A stretch of 62,960 nt of DNA from a bacterium (GTDB lineage Bacteria > Myxococcota_A > UBA9160 > UBA6930): the NCBI GenBank assembly GCA_024226235.1, contig JAAELW010000228.1, positions 1 to 62,960 of the forward strand, written 5' to 3'. The position numbers and the translations under genes were made by a program. The notes under the pieces were generated by a model. The model was not told the DNA's origin. It was given only the letters and a program-made list of their open reading frames with translations, and made no database searches. This document shows positions 28,633 through 38,108 of this stretch, in pieces. Positions within the stretch are counted from its first letter, which is position 1. Every line of letters starts with the position of its first letter.

Positions 28633-30246
28633 ATGAGTCTACGAGGTACCGGCCAAGGCGGTCCCCTGCTCCGGACCCTGGAGATCTTCCAGGTCCTGGG
28701 CGATAGCGGCTTCTTGAGCCCGCGCTTCCTGGCAACCCTGCTTCCCGCGGCCAGGAAATTCGGCAGTACCACCGCCGCGGGCTTTTCGGCCGCTGCGGCC
28801 CGCAACCCGAACCAGCCCGCCGTGATCGACGAAGCGGGGACGATCACATTCAAGGAACTCGACGAAACGACCAACGCGATCGCACGGGGGTTGCACGCTG
28901 CCGGCGTCGGGCCGGGCGACGGCGTCGGACTCTTCGCGCGCAACCACAGGGGTTTCGTCCAGGCCCAGATCGCGTTGGACAAGCTCGGCGCCAACTCGTT
29001 GCTGTTGAACACGGGCTTCGCGCCGCCTCAACTGCAGGAGGTCTGCACTCGAGAAGGCACCAAGGTCCTCCTCTACGACGAAGAATTCCGCGCCATCGTC
29101 GAGGGTGGTGCCAGCGACCACGTGGGCTTCCTGACCTGGGCGGACTCGGAGGACGTGCCGGAGACAACGCTCTCCCAGCTTGCGGGCGCCCATCCCACGG
29201 GGCCCATCGACCCGCCGTCACAACCTGGCCGCACCACGATCCTGACTTCCGGAACCACCGGCACGCCGAAGGGTGCCCAGCGCACAGTGAAGAGCCAGGG
29301 CATCGACGGACTGATCGGGCTCTTTGGCCGCATGCCGCTGCGAACCGGGACCCGGAACCTGATCGTGGCTCCCACCTTCCACTCCTGGGGTGGCCTGCAC
29401 CTGCTTCTCGCGTCCCAGCTGGGATGCACAGCGGTCCTGCGCCGACGCTTCGATCCGGAAGACACCCTCGCCGCAATCCAGGAGCACCGGCCGGAAGTCC
29501 TGGCCGTGGTACCGGTGATGATGCAGCGCATCCTGGCGTTGGGTGACGACGTGATCGGCCGCTACGACACCTCGTCGCTCGAAGCCGTCTGCGCCAGCGG
29601 CTCCGCGCTACCCGGCGAGCTGGCCCTGCGTTGGATGAACACCTTCGGCGACAACATCTACAACCTCTACGGCTCGACAGAGGTGGCCCAGGCCTCGATC
29701 GCGATGCCCGACGAGCTGCGTTCGGCCCCGGGTACTGCCGGTCGCCCTCCTCGGGGCGTCACGGTGCGCATCCTCGACAGCCAAGGGCACGAAGTTCCCC
29801 AGGGTGTCACCGGACGTATCTTCGTCGGCAACGACAACCAGTTCGAGGGCTATACCGGCGGCGGAAACAAGGAGATCATCGACGGCCTGATGTCGAGCGG
29901 CGACGTCGGCCATTTCGATGAGAACGGTCTGCTCTTCGTCGACGGCCGCGACGACGACATGATCATCTCGGGCGGTGAGAACGTCTTCCCGCGCGAGGTC
30001 GAAGACCTGCTCGCGGACCACGAGGATGTCGTCGAAGCCGCGGTGGTCGGCGTCCCCGACGAAGAGTTCGGCCAGCGGCTGAAGGGCTTCGTCGTCCTCC
30101 GCGAGGGCGGCAGCGCCGACGAAGCCGCACTGAAGGACTACGTCAAGAGCCACCTGGCCCGCTACAAGGTGCCGCGCGAAATCGCGTTCCTGGACGCCCT
30201 ACCTCGAAACCCCACCGGCAAGGTTCTCAAACGACAACTGGATTGA
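28633..30246 (+). CDS. Acyl-CoA synthetase (AMP-binding)
   Basis: LTSGTTGTPKG, YGSTE, SGDVG, GRDDDMIISGGENVFP and PRNPTGKVLK. Confidence 0.92.
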   Translation: MSLRGTGQGGPLLRTLEIFQVLGDSGFLSPRFLATLLPAARKFGSTTAAGFSAAAARNPNQPAVIDEAGTITFKELDETTNAIARGLHAAGVGPGDGVGLFARNHRGFVQAQIALDKLGANSLLLNTGFAPPQLQEVCTREGTKVLLYDEEFRAIVEGGASDHVGFLTWADSEDVPETTLSQLAGAHPTGPIDPPSQPGRTTILTSGTTGTPKGAQRTVKSQGIDGLIGLFGRMPLRTGTRNLIVAPTFHSWGGLHLLLASQLGCTAVLRRRFDPEDTLAAIQEHRPEVLAVVPVMMQRILALGDDVIGRYDTSSLEAVCASGSALPGELALRWMNTFGDNIYNLYGSTEVAQASIAMPDELRSAPGTAGRPPRGVTVRILDSQGHEVPQGVTGRIFVGNDNQFEGYTGGGNKEIIDGLMSSGDVGHFDENGLLFVDGRDDDMIISGGENVFPREVEDLLADHEDVVEAAVVGVPDEEFGQRLKGFVVLREGGSADEAALKDYVKSHLARYKVPREIAFLDALPRNPTGKVLKRQLD

Positions 30247-30262
30247 GAAGTGGGGCCGCTTC

Positions 30263-31180
30263 TCAGCTCTCCAGGCCGCCGTCGAAATCCATGCCGTTCA
30301 TTCCGGCGTTCTTGCGTGCTTGCTTCACCATGTCGCGCACGATTGGGCCAAGGGTCGTCGGATCGGAAACTGGCGGGACCGTCGGCCCGCGGTGCCAGCC
30401 CTCGGCGATCGCCAACACGCCACCGGAAGCCTCGAATATGCGACCGGTCACGTCGCGCGATTCGGTACTGGCGAGCCAGGTCACGATCGGTGCGATCCAA
30501 CGGGGGCTCTGCGCTTCGCGCATCTCGTCGGTGATCTCGCCGGGCTGGAGATCCTCGGTGAGCCGCGTGAGTGCGCCGGGTGCGATGCAGTTCACCGTCA
30601 CGCCATACCGCTTGAGCTCGCGGGAAGCGATGATCGTAAACGCGGCGATACCGGCCTTTGCCGCACCGTAGTTGGTCTGACCCGCGTTGCCGTAGATTCC
30701 GGAGACGGAGCTCGTGTTGATCAAGCGAGCGTCCACCGGGTTGCCCGCCTTGCTCTGCTCCCGCCAGTAGCCAGCAGCATGATGAGCGGGAGCGAAAGTA
30801 CCCTTCAGGTGGACCTGGATCACCGCATCCCACTCGCTCTCCTGCATGTTCACGAGCATGCGGTCGCGCAGGATTCCAGCATTGTTCACCAACGCATCGA
30901 GCCGGCCATAGGTATCGATGGCCTGCTGGATCATCTCCTTCGCCTGACCGAAGTCGCTCACATCGGATCCATTCGCCACGGCTTCCCCTCCGGAAGCCTT
31001 GATCTCGTTCACGACTTCGTCGGCCGGGCCGAGATCCGAACCGGTGCCATCACGGGCTCCGCCGAGATCGTTGACGACGACCTTGGCGCCGTGGTCGGCC
31101 AACATCAGTGCGTACTCACGACCGATACCTCGTCCGGCCCCGGTGACGATGACAACGCGATCTTCGCAGAAAGTACCCAT
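30263..31180 (-). CDS. SDR oxidoreductase (MFE-2 dehydrogenase-like)
   Basis: TGAGRGIG, VVVNDLG, NNAGILRD and NYGAAK. Confidence 0.92.
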   Translation of the reverse strand: MGTFCEDRVVIVTGAGRGIGREYALMLADHGAKVVVNDLGGARDGTGSDLGPADEVVNEIKASGGEAVANGSDVSDFGQAKEMIQQAIDTYGRLDALVNNAGILRDRMLVNMQESEWDAVIQVHLKGTFAPAHHAAGYWREQSKAGNPVDARLINTSSVSGIYGNAGQTNYGAAKAGIAAFTIIASRELKRYGVTVNCIAPGALTRLTEDLQPGEITDEMREAQSPRWIAPIVTWLASTESRDVTGRIFEASGGVLAIAEGWHRGPTVPPVSDPTTLGPIVRDMVKQARKNAGMNGMDFDGGLES

Positions 31181-31245
31181 GGCTTTGCCTCCATTCGAGG
31201 GCGGGACGGTAGCGCGTCTTGCCGCGCCAGGCTGCCCCTCGCAAA

Positions 31246-32862
31246 TCAGGTGAGCGCCCCCTCGACCACCCCACGCGCCCACTTGTAGTCGGCTTTGCCG
31301 TTCGGCGCACGGCGCACCTGGTCGACCACGAAGATCTGTTTCGGAACCTTGTAGGCCGCGAGATTTCCCCGCGTGAATTCGCGCAGGGCTTCACCGTCGG
31401 TGCTGGCACCTGGACGCAATGAAGCCACCCCCGTGACTCGCTGACCGAATTTCTCGTCTTCGACGCCTACGACCAGACAGTCCACCACATCAGGGTGCTG
31501 CTTGACCGCTTCTTCCACCTCTTCCGGGTAGACCTTCTCACCCGCAGTGTTGATGCAATTCGAACCTCGACCGAGAAGTGTCAAACTGCCGTCTGCCTCG
31601 ACGATCGCCCAGTCACCGGGGAACGAGTAGCGTTTGCCATCGATGGTCTTGAATGTGGCGCGACTCTTTTCCTCGTCCTTGTAGTAGCCGATCGGAACAC
31701 TTCCACCGGCAGCCACCAACCCGGTCTCGCCCGAGCCCGGCACGACCTCTCGCCCGTCCTCGGTGAAGACCTTGGTGGTGGGGTTCATCGCAAACCTCGC
31801 GGTCTGGCCGATGTTTCCACGCGTGGTGACCTGCGTGCCCATGCTGCCCTCGCTGGAGCCCATCGCATCGATCAATACGAACGGGTGGTGCTCGAGCAGC
31901 TGCTCTTTCACTTCGGAAGTCCACATGACCCCTGACGAGACCACGAGCTTCACGCTGCTGGGATCGTAGGGTTGGCCCTTGTCCCTGGCCTCGGCAAACG
32001 CGCGCAGCATCGGCTTGGCAAATGCATCGCCGACGATCACCAACTGGCTCGCCTTCTCCCGCTGGGTGGTTGCCCATAGCTCGTGCGCATCGAATGAGCG
32101 CTCGGTCAGCATCACCACCCGAGCGCCAGTGCAATGGGGAACCATCACACCCAACCACATCCCCGTGCCGTGCATCAACGGGCAGGCAGGAATCGCGACT
32201 TCGCCAATTCCTTCTTCCCGCATCTTCGCCGCGATCTCGGGGATTTCCTGGACCTCGGGAATCCCCTGCGTGCCGAACGTGAATGCGTACCCGATGAAGC
32301 CTTGGAGCAAGCCCCCGATGTCATACATCACGCCCTTCGGCATGCCGGTCGTTCCGCCGGTGTAGAGCATGTAGACATCATCCGATGAGCGCGTGATGCG
32401 GGGTGCCGGATCGTTCCCCGCGACCAACGTCTCGAAGGGGATCGCTCCCTCGACGGATTCCCCGCCGTCATCGACTTCCACCCAGAGCTTCACCTTGGGT
32501 GCCTTGTCCTTCACGCGGGCCACGCGCTCGCCCAGACTCTTGTGGAAGAACAGTGCTTCGGCATCCGAATTCTCGAGCAGGTAGAGAAGTTCGTCGTCCA
32601 GGTAGCGGTAGTTGATATTGATGGGAACGTGACGACCCTTGAAGGCGCCAAACTGCGTCTCCAGGTACTCGGTACCGTTGTACAGATACAGGCCCACCTT
32701 CGAATCCGGCCCGAGTCCGGCGGCGGAGAGTGCGGAGGCAATTCGCGCGGCGCGGTCGTCGTACTTGCTCCAGGTGCGGCGGCTCTGGCCACAGACGAGC
32801 GCCTCGGCATCCCCGATCCGATCGGCGATGCCCTCCCAGAGCGTCGCGAAATGCATCTCCAT
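31246..32862 (-). CDS. Acyl-CoA synthetase, FadD19-like
   Basis: YTGGTTGMPKGVM, NINYRY, IVGDAFAKP, GSSEG and GRGSNCINTAGEKVYPEEVE. Confidence 0.88.
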   Translation of the reverse strand: MEMHFATLWEGIADRIGDAEALVCGQSRRTWSKYDDRAARIASALSAAGLGPDSKVGLYLYNGTEYLETQFGAFKGRHVPININYRYLDDELLYLLENSDAEALFFHKSLGERVARVKDKAPKVKLWVEVDDGGESVEGAIPFETLVAGNDPAPRITRSSDDVYMLYTGGTTGMPKGVMYDIGGLLQGFIGYAFTFGTQGIPEVQEIPEIAAKMREEGIGEVAIPACPLMHGTGMWLGVMVPHCTGARVVMLTERSFDAHELWATTQREKASQLVIVGDAFAKPMLRAFAEARDKGQPYDPSSVKLVVSSGVMWTSEVKEQLLEHHPFVLIDAMGSSEGSMGTQVTTRGNIGQTARFAMNPTTKVFTEDGREVVPGSGETGLVAAGGSVPIGYYKDEEKSRATFKTIDGKRYSFPGDWAIVEADGSLTLLGRGSNCINTAGEKVYPEEVEEAVKQHPDVVDCLVVGVEDEKFGQRVTGVASLRPGASTDGEALREFTRGNLAAYKVPKQIFVVDQVRRAPNGKADYKWARGVVEGALT

Positions 32863-32959
32863 GGTCGTTCCCTTCCCTTTCATGACTTGTGCGAAGCGGT
32901 CGATTGGACTCGACCTCTCCCTCGATGTCAACCTGCTCCATCAGGCGTACCCTCGGGTG

Positions 32960-33598
32960 ATGCACTCGGACGCGATCGACCAGCTCCTGAGCAGCTACTT
33001 GAAGCAGCCCGTCCGGATGAGCTGGAAAGGCGCGGTCGCGGACACGATACGGGGGAGCTTCGAACTGCCGCGGGTGGAGCTGGGTGGGATCGCGACCGCC
33101 TGGGTGCCCTTCGAGGAGGTCGTCCTGGAAGCGGATCGTGTGATCTTCCATCCGGGCATTCCAGCCAGGCTGGCGATCGAGGCCCCTCGAATCGAACTGG
33201 CCGTCGGCCAGATCGAAATCGACCAGTGGATGGACCGTCTCCAGCTCCCCTTCCGACTGGCGCTGGAAGAGACCTCCCTCGTCCTCAAATCGAGTATTGC
33301 TGGCTTCGCGGTCGGAGAACTCGAAGCCAGCCTCGATGTGGTTGGCGGATGGTTCGTACTGAAGCCTCGACGCGCCAGTGTCCTCGGAATTCCTGGATTC
33401 ATGGCACCCTTGTTCCGGACCTACCTTCCGCTGCCACCGCTTCCAAAGGACGCCCGCCTGCTCGCGATCGGGCACGAGCCGGGCCTGCTACGTCTGACCC
33501 TGGAAGCCGACGACTTCGAGGAGCGGATCACTCCGGGTATCGTGGGTCGCTTGCAGAGGCGGATGATGCCGACGATAGGGCTCGGCAGCCCGTTCTGA
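32960..33598 (+). CDS. Hypothetical protein
   Basis: Fills the gap between divergent and convergent genes with protein-like composition; start uncertain (32882-32960). Confidence 0.55.
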   Translation: MHSDAIDQLLSSYLKQPVRMSWKGAVADTIRGSFELPRVELGGIATAWVPFEEVVLEADRVIFHPGIPARLAIEAPRIELAVGQIEIDQWMDRLQLPFRLALEETSLVLKSSIAGFAVGELEASLDVVGGWFVLKPRRASVLGIPGFMAPLFRTYLPLPPLPKDARLLAIGHEPGLLRLTLEADDFEERITPGIVGRLQRRMMPTIGLGSPF

Positions 33599-33648
33599 CT
33601 CCTCTGTCTCCTAGGATGAACACGCCCGCATCTGAACTCAGCCCAGGG

Positions 33649-34254
33649 TCAGGCGAGCAGCCGGCACAGCGTCCCTTGGATGACCACAGATGCACGTGCC
33701 CGACTCAGTCGTTGCTCGGATCGGAGCCGGTCCCAGGCCTCGAACGAAGTCGCCAGCTCGGCCGCGTCGACCAGCTCCGCGTCGACGCGTTCGAGCTCCG
33801 GGAGCCATCGCAGGAGATTCGCACGCAGCTCCCGCACGTAGGTTGCGTGGCTACCTCGAAGGTACTGGGAGTGCCAGCGTTGAAGCGCCGCCGAACGATG
33901 GTAGGGCGCAGCGCGCTCGAAGAGATCTGCCCGCCGCGCGACCAGTGCCTTTACCCGCTCCTCGACTCCGCCCTCGGGCTGGCCGGCTCTCACCAGCGGA
34001 CGAAGCTCCTCCCGCAATTCCGCATCCATCTCGGAGTAAAGGGTTTCCATGTCCGAGAAATGGCGGAATACGGTTCGGATCCCCACGCCCGCTCGCTCGG
34101 CCACCTGCTGCGCCGTGGGACGTGGACTGCCCTCCCCGATCAGCTCCATCAACGCCTGAACGATGGCCTTGCGGCTGCGCTCCGAGCGCCGGGCGCGACC
34201 ATCGGAGCGTTCGGCGTCAGAAGGCGGGGCCGTGTCGGGAGCGGTTCGGGCCAT
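33649..34254 (-). CDS. TetR/AcrR family transcriptional regulator
   Basis: DGRARRSERSR and PTAQQVAERAGVGIRTVFRHF HTH. Confidence 0.9.
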   Translation of the reverse strand: MARTAPDTAPPSDAERSDGRARRSERSRKAIVQALMELIGEGSPRPTAQQVAERAGVGIRTVFRHFSDMETLYSEMDAELREELRPLVRAGQPEGGVEERVKALVARRADLFERAAPYHRSAALQRWHSQYLRGSHATYVRELRANLLRWLPELERVDAELVDAAELATSFEAWDRLRSEQRLSRARASVVIQGTLCRLLA

Positions 34255-34535
34255 GGACAAAAGATGGCAGAAACCATGCCATAACTCGACCCCGGATCCT
34301 GCGGGGGCCTTTCGCACGCTGGTCTGGCGGCCGTTGGATGATTCTCCCAATACGAACAGGAAGCCCGAACAGGAAGCCGGACCGATCCCGGATACCCATC
34401 TGCGCACGAGGTGCGTATCGGACACCCGCAACGCCTGAGCCAAGCATTCGAACGATCATCACATCCACGATTGTGATGACAGTCATGCTTGGACACGGCC
34501 GCTCTTCCGTCGCATCCGACTGGAGGTAGTCGCCG

Positions 34536-35276
34536 ATGATGAAGCGTACTCAGCGGGCCGTGCTCCTGTTGGATGTGGGACAGGGCTCATTTGCGATCCT
34601 TGCCGGGCGCATCAGTAGGCTGGGCTTCCGCGTATTGCGGGTAAAGACACCGGAGGAAGCCATCCCCGTGCTGGCGGATCCGCGCTTTGCCGTGCATGCG
34701 CTGATCGTGCCGCCGGACCTGCCGGTCCCGGACCTGAGGACGACGCTGGCTGCGTTGCGTCTCCAATCGACCCGGGAGGCCCTCGCCATCCTGGTGAGCC
34801 TTCCGCGCAGCACACCGAAGCCGGAGCGCGAGTGGCTTGCCCGCGCGGGCATCGATCTTCCCTTGTTCGACCCGATCAATGCCCACTCGCTTCGTTTTCA
34901 GCTGAACCGCGCGATTGCGGGCGCGATTCCGGCGCGTCGCGAGCGGAACAAACGACGCGCGCCGGCCAGCCACGAGGTGACACTGCACAACCGCCGGCGT
35001 CGGCGGCCGGCGAGGCTCTACACGTTCTCTTCTCGGGGAGCCTTCCTCTGCTGCGAAGCGACCTTTCTCCGCAAGAGCCGCTTCGATCTCGAGCTCGGCA
35101 TCGCCGGGCTTCCTCGTCGTATTCCCAGCGAGGTCGTGATGACCAACGTTGCGGGCAATCTCTCACACAACGCCCTGCCCCACGGCATGGCCGTCCACTT
35201 CGGCGGCCTCGAATCAGAGCAAGAGACTGCGCTGGAGTTGCTCGTAGACAAGGTGTTGAGGCGCCTCGAGCTCTAG
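34536..35276 (+). CDS. Degenerate REC-like + PilZ domain protein
   Basis: RERNKRR (RxxxR), TFSSRGAFL (degenerate D/NxSxxG) and GMAVHF; GGAGG RBS. Confidence 0.65.
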   Translation: MMKRTQRAVLLLDVGQGSFAILAGRISRLGFRVLRVKTPEEAIPVLADPRFAVHALIVPPDLPVPDLRTTLAALRLQSTREALAILVSLPRSTPKPEREWLARAGIDLPLFDPINAHSLRFQLNRAIAGAIPARRERNKRRAPASHEVTLHNRRRRRPARLYTFSSRGAFLCCEATFLRKSRFDLELGIAGLPRRIPSEVVMTNVAGNLSHNALPHGMAVHFGGLESEQETALELLVDKVLRRLEL

Positions 35277-35532
35277 GCCCCGTGTTCGGGCCAGTGTCCG
35301 GTCGGTACCTCGTCGGATTCACTCCGACTTGCACTGGAACTGCGCATCAGGTGCGCAATACCTCGTGAAATTTCAGGAAACACGTGTTTTTGGGGTTAAT
35401 TCCACCCGGCGAATTGCCGAATTCATATGAAACCGAACAGACCTTTCGAGTTACCGCGCGGGCGGATCGGAGCTGAGGCGACAGACGTCTCTCCCGGGCC
35501 GGATCGGACGTGGACCGGAAAGGATTGCTCCG

Positions 35533-36183
35533 ATGTTCCGTCTCTTCCTCGCCTCGATGTTTCTGCTGGCCTCCTCTCAAGCCACGGCCGCAACGATCAT
35601 CACCAGCTCTCTCGATGCAGCACTCTCCGGTGCCACGCTGATCGATCTCGACGGAGAGCCGGATGGCACCGACTTCGTGAACACATCCGTCAGCGGCCTG
35701 ACGGTGCTGAGCAACGCCAACACGTTGCGCTTCGACGACGACTGGGCAAGCCAGTTCGGCACCACCGGAATCGCGCTCGAAACCCGCTCCGGTGGCGCCG
35801 CTGACGACCTCGAGCTGATCTTTGCCGCTCCGGTCACAGCCTTCGGCTTCGATATCAATGCGCTGGATATCGATCTGACGATGATCCTCTTCGATGCAAT
35901 GGACAACGTGATCGATTCGTTCACGATCGCGAACCAGCCTGGGCTGGGCTTGTCCGGCTTCAACCGTCGGGGCTACGCCGGTGCGAGCTCAGTGGCTCCG
36001 ATTGCGCGTGTGCAGTTGGTCAACGCAACGCAGCACGATTGGTTCCTGATCGACAACATCGCGCTGGTCACCGCGGTACCAGAGGCGGCAACCAGCGTAC
36101 TGCTGGCGACGGGCCTGATCGGACTCGCATTGGCCGGGCGCGAAAGATCCGGTGGAGTGCGACGAGAACACAGCAACGGCTGA
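35533..36183 (+). CDS. PEP-CTERM sorting domain protein
   Basis: Signal peptide; C-terminal VPEAAT + TM (VLLATGLIGLALAG) + basic tail. Confidence 0.85.
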   Translation: MFRLFLASMFLLASSQATAATIITSSLDAALSGATLIDLDGEPDGTDFVNTSVSGLTVLSNANTLRFDDDWASQFGTTGIALETRSGGAADDLELIFAAPVTAFGFDINALDIDLTMILFDAMDNVIDSFTIANQPGLGLSGFNRRGYAGASSVAPIARVQLVNATQHDWFLIDNIALVTAVPEAATSVLLATGLIGLALAGRERSGGVRREHSNG

Positions 36184-36217
36184 CCTGCGCCCATCGCTTT
36201 GAGCTACGCTCCCGGCG

Positions 36218-37075
36218 ATGGTTGTTGGACGCATCGCTTCCCTTCATCGTCACCCGGTCAAGAGCATGCGAGGAGAGGACCGCAGGTCGGTCTTCCTCGG
36301 TCTCGCTGGCATTCCGGGCGACCGCTCCTGGGCCGTGCGCGACGAGCAGCGCGGCGGCATCCAGGGAGCGAAGAAGATTCCGGCACTCATGGAGTGTGCT
36401 GCACGATTCCTCGAGGAACCGGAGGAAGGCGCGATCCCTGCGCCAGAGATCCAGCTACCGAGTGGCGAACCATTCCTCGCAGACGCACCCGACGCCGCGG
36501 ATCGGCTCGGAGCCTGCGTGGGCCGGGAGGTCACGCTTTGGCCGCTCGTGCCCGCGGAAGCCCTCGAACACTACCGCCGCGCAGCCCCGGATGACCCGGA
36601 CCTGGAGAAGGAGCTGCGCGCGATCTTCGGTCGCCAACCCGACGAGCCGCTACCGGATCTCGGGAAGTTTCCGCCCGAGCTCCTTCAATTCGAATCGCCC
36701 CCAGGAACCTACTTCGATGCGTTCCCTCTCACACTGATGACGACGAGTTCCCTCGCATCAATGCAGAAGGCGCATCCGGAATCGACCTACGACGTGCGGC
36801 GTTTCCGCCCGAATCTGTTGATCGAAACCAAAAGCGACGAGCCCTTCCCCGAGCTCGATTGGGCCGGCCAGCGGCTGCGCATGGGTAGCGCGGTGATCCA
36901 CGTCGAAATGGAATGCCCGCGCTGCGTGATGACGACCCATGGCTTCTCGGACCTGCCAAAGGATCCGGGCATCATGCGCGCGCTCGTCAGGGAAACGGGT
37001 GGAAACCTGGGTGCCTACGCGAGCATCGAAGAGCCCGGCGACGTGAAGGTCGGCGACGAGGTGACACTCCTCTAG
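36218..37075 (+). CDS. MOSC domain protein
   Basis: HPVKSMRGE, GDRSWA, FDAFP, RRFRPNLLI, CPRCVM and GDVKVGD. Confidence 0.9.
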   Translation: MVVGRIASLHRHPVKSMRGEDRRSVFLGLAGIPGDRSWAVRDEQRGGIQGAKKIPALMECAARFLEEPEEGAIPAPEIQLPSGEPFLADAPDAADRLGACVGREVTLWPLVPAEALEHYRRAAPDDPDLEKELRAIFGRQPDEPLPDLGKFPPELLQFESPPGTYFDAFPLTLMTTSSLASMQKAHPESTYDVRRFRPNLLIETKSDEPFPELDWAGQRLRMGSAVIHVEMECPRCVMTTHGFSDLPKDPGIMRALVRETGGNLGAYASIEEPGDVKVGDEVTLL

Positions 37076-37911
37076 GCCTTCGTCTCCGCCTTGAGCTTGT
37101 CGACGCAGGGCTCGCAGAGCCCGTGCGTGAACTGGGCATCCGAATTCTTCTCGACGAAGAGCTCGAGCTGGTTCCAGTAACCGCGGTCGTCTCGGATGCT
37201 CTTGCATTGGGCACAGATCGGCAGCAGGCCCGACAGCGATTGCACCCGCGAAACGAGATGCATCGCGCGGAACAGTACGAGGACGGCCCCGAGGATTCCG
37301 CCCGTGGTGAGCAGACCGACGAGGAGGCTCGCCTGTTTCTCCTCCTCGCGAAGCCGAGTCAACTCGGCGTGTGCGCTCTCGGAGGCCTGCGCCAACATCT
37401 CGTCGAGGGCCGCCTGGAAGTCCACGCTGGCAGCTTCGGCGGCTGCGGCCTGGGCCTTTGCGTCTTCGAGATTCCCGGCGTTCAGAGCGGAGAACGCCTC
37501 CCGCGCTCGTGCTGCATAGAGGTTGTGCGCGGCATCCAGCTTCGCCACGGGCGGGAGCAGCCCCGCCGCCTCGCCCTCGCCGGGTGCTGCGGAGAGCTGG
37601 CCCCTCACCTGCTGAAGCCCTTCCCAGATGGTTGCCGCTCGCGCTTCGAAACGGCGTTCACCCGCTGACGGCCCGGCTTCGGGACGTGGCTCCCAGAGCG
37701 CTCGTTCCAGGGCCGCGGTCTGCTGGAGGTGACCCGCCGCCACCTGGCCCAACGTCTCGCTCACTTCGAGCTTCAGCGTCACAGCCACCTGGCTGCGCCG
37801 CGCCACCTGATCCAGGGCCCAGATCGAAACCCCGGACGAGGCCGAGCCGAGCACCGTGGCGCCGATCAGCAACACGATGATCCGGTCCTTCAGAGACAGC
37901 GGGCCCAACAT
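37072..37911 (-). CDS. Membrane sensor-like protein: 2 TM, helical periplasmic domain, C-terminal CxxC...HxxCxxC domain
   Basis: GLLPICAQCKSIRDDRGYW...FTHGLCEPC directly after TM2. Confidence 0.75.
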   Translation of the reverse strand: MLGPLSLKDRIIVLLIGATVLGSASSGVSIWALDQVARRSQVAVTLKLEVSETLGQVAAGHLQQTAALERALWEPRPEAGPSAGERRFEARAATIWEGLQQVRGQLSAAPGEGEAAGLLPPVAKLDAAHNLYAARAREAFSALNAGNLEDAKAQAAAAEAASVDFQAALDEMLAQASESAHAELTRLREEEKQASLLVGLLTTGGILGAVLVLFRAMHLVSRVQSLSGLLPICAQCKSIRDDRGYWNQLELFVEKNSDAQFTHGLCEPCVDKLKAETKA

Positions 37912-38035
37912 GGATCTACAAATAGACGCAATGCGTCAAATGTCAACTCGTGATTTTCATGAGTTGTTACAGGGAATTGTGTAGACGCACCCTTCATCTG
38001 GTCGCACAGTGCGTCACAGCTTCCCCGGGGGATCG

Positions 38036-38108
38036 AGCCCACAAGTGAATTGTGAACTCCGGCCCCGCGGGTTCATGAACACCGGCCCCGCGGGTTCAGT
38101 TGTGGGCT
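38036..38108. repeat. Composite element: 14-bp imperfect inverted repeats around two 23-bp direct repeats
   Basis: AGCCCACAAGTGAA (38036-49) / TTCAGTTGTGGGCT (38095-108); TGAACTCCGGCCCCGCGGGTTCA (38053-75) and TGAACACCGGCCCCGCGGGTTCA (38076-98). Confidence 0.8.

Noticed and set aside
35360-35430. Sigma-54/PrsR promoter for the PEP-CTERM gene; palindromes TGAAATTTCA and AAACACGTGTTT
   Set aside because: The region is AT-rich and probably a promoter, but I found no correctly spaced GG-N10-GC in a consensus context and cannot assign the palindromes.
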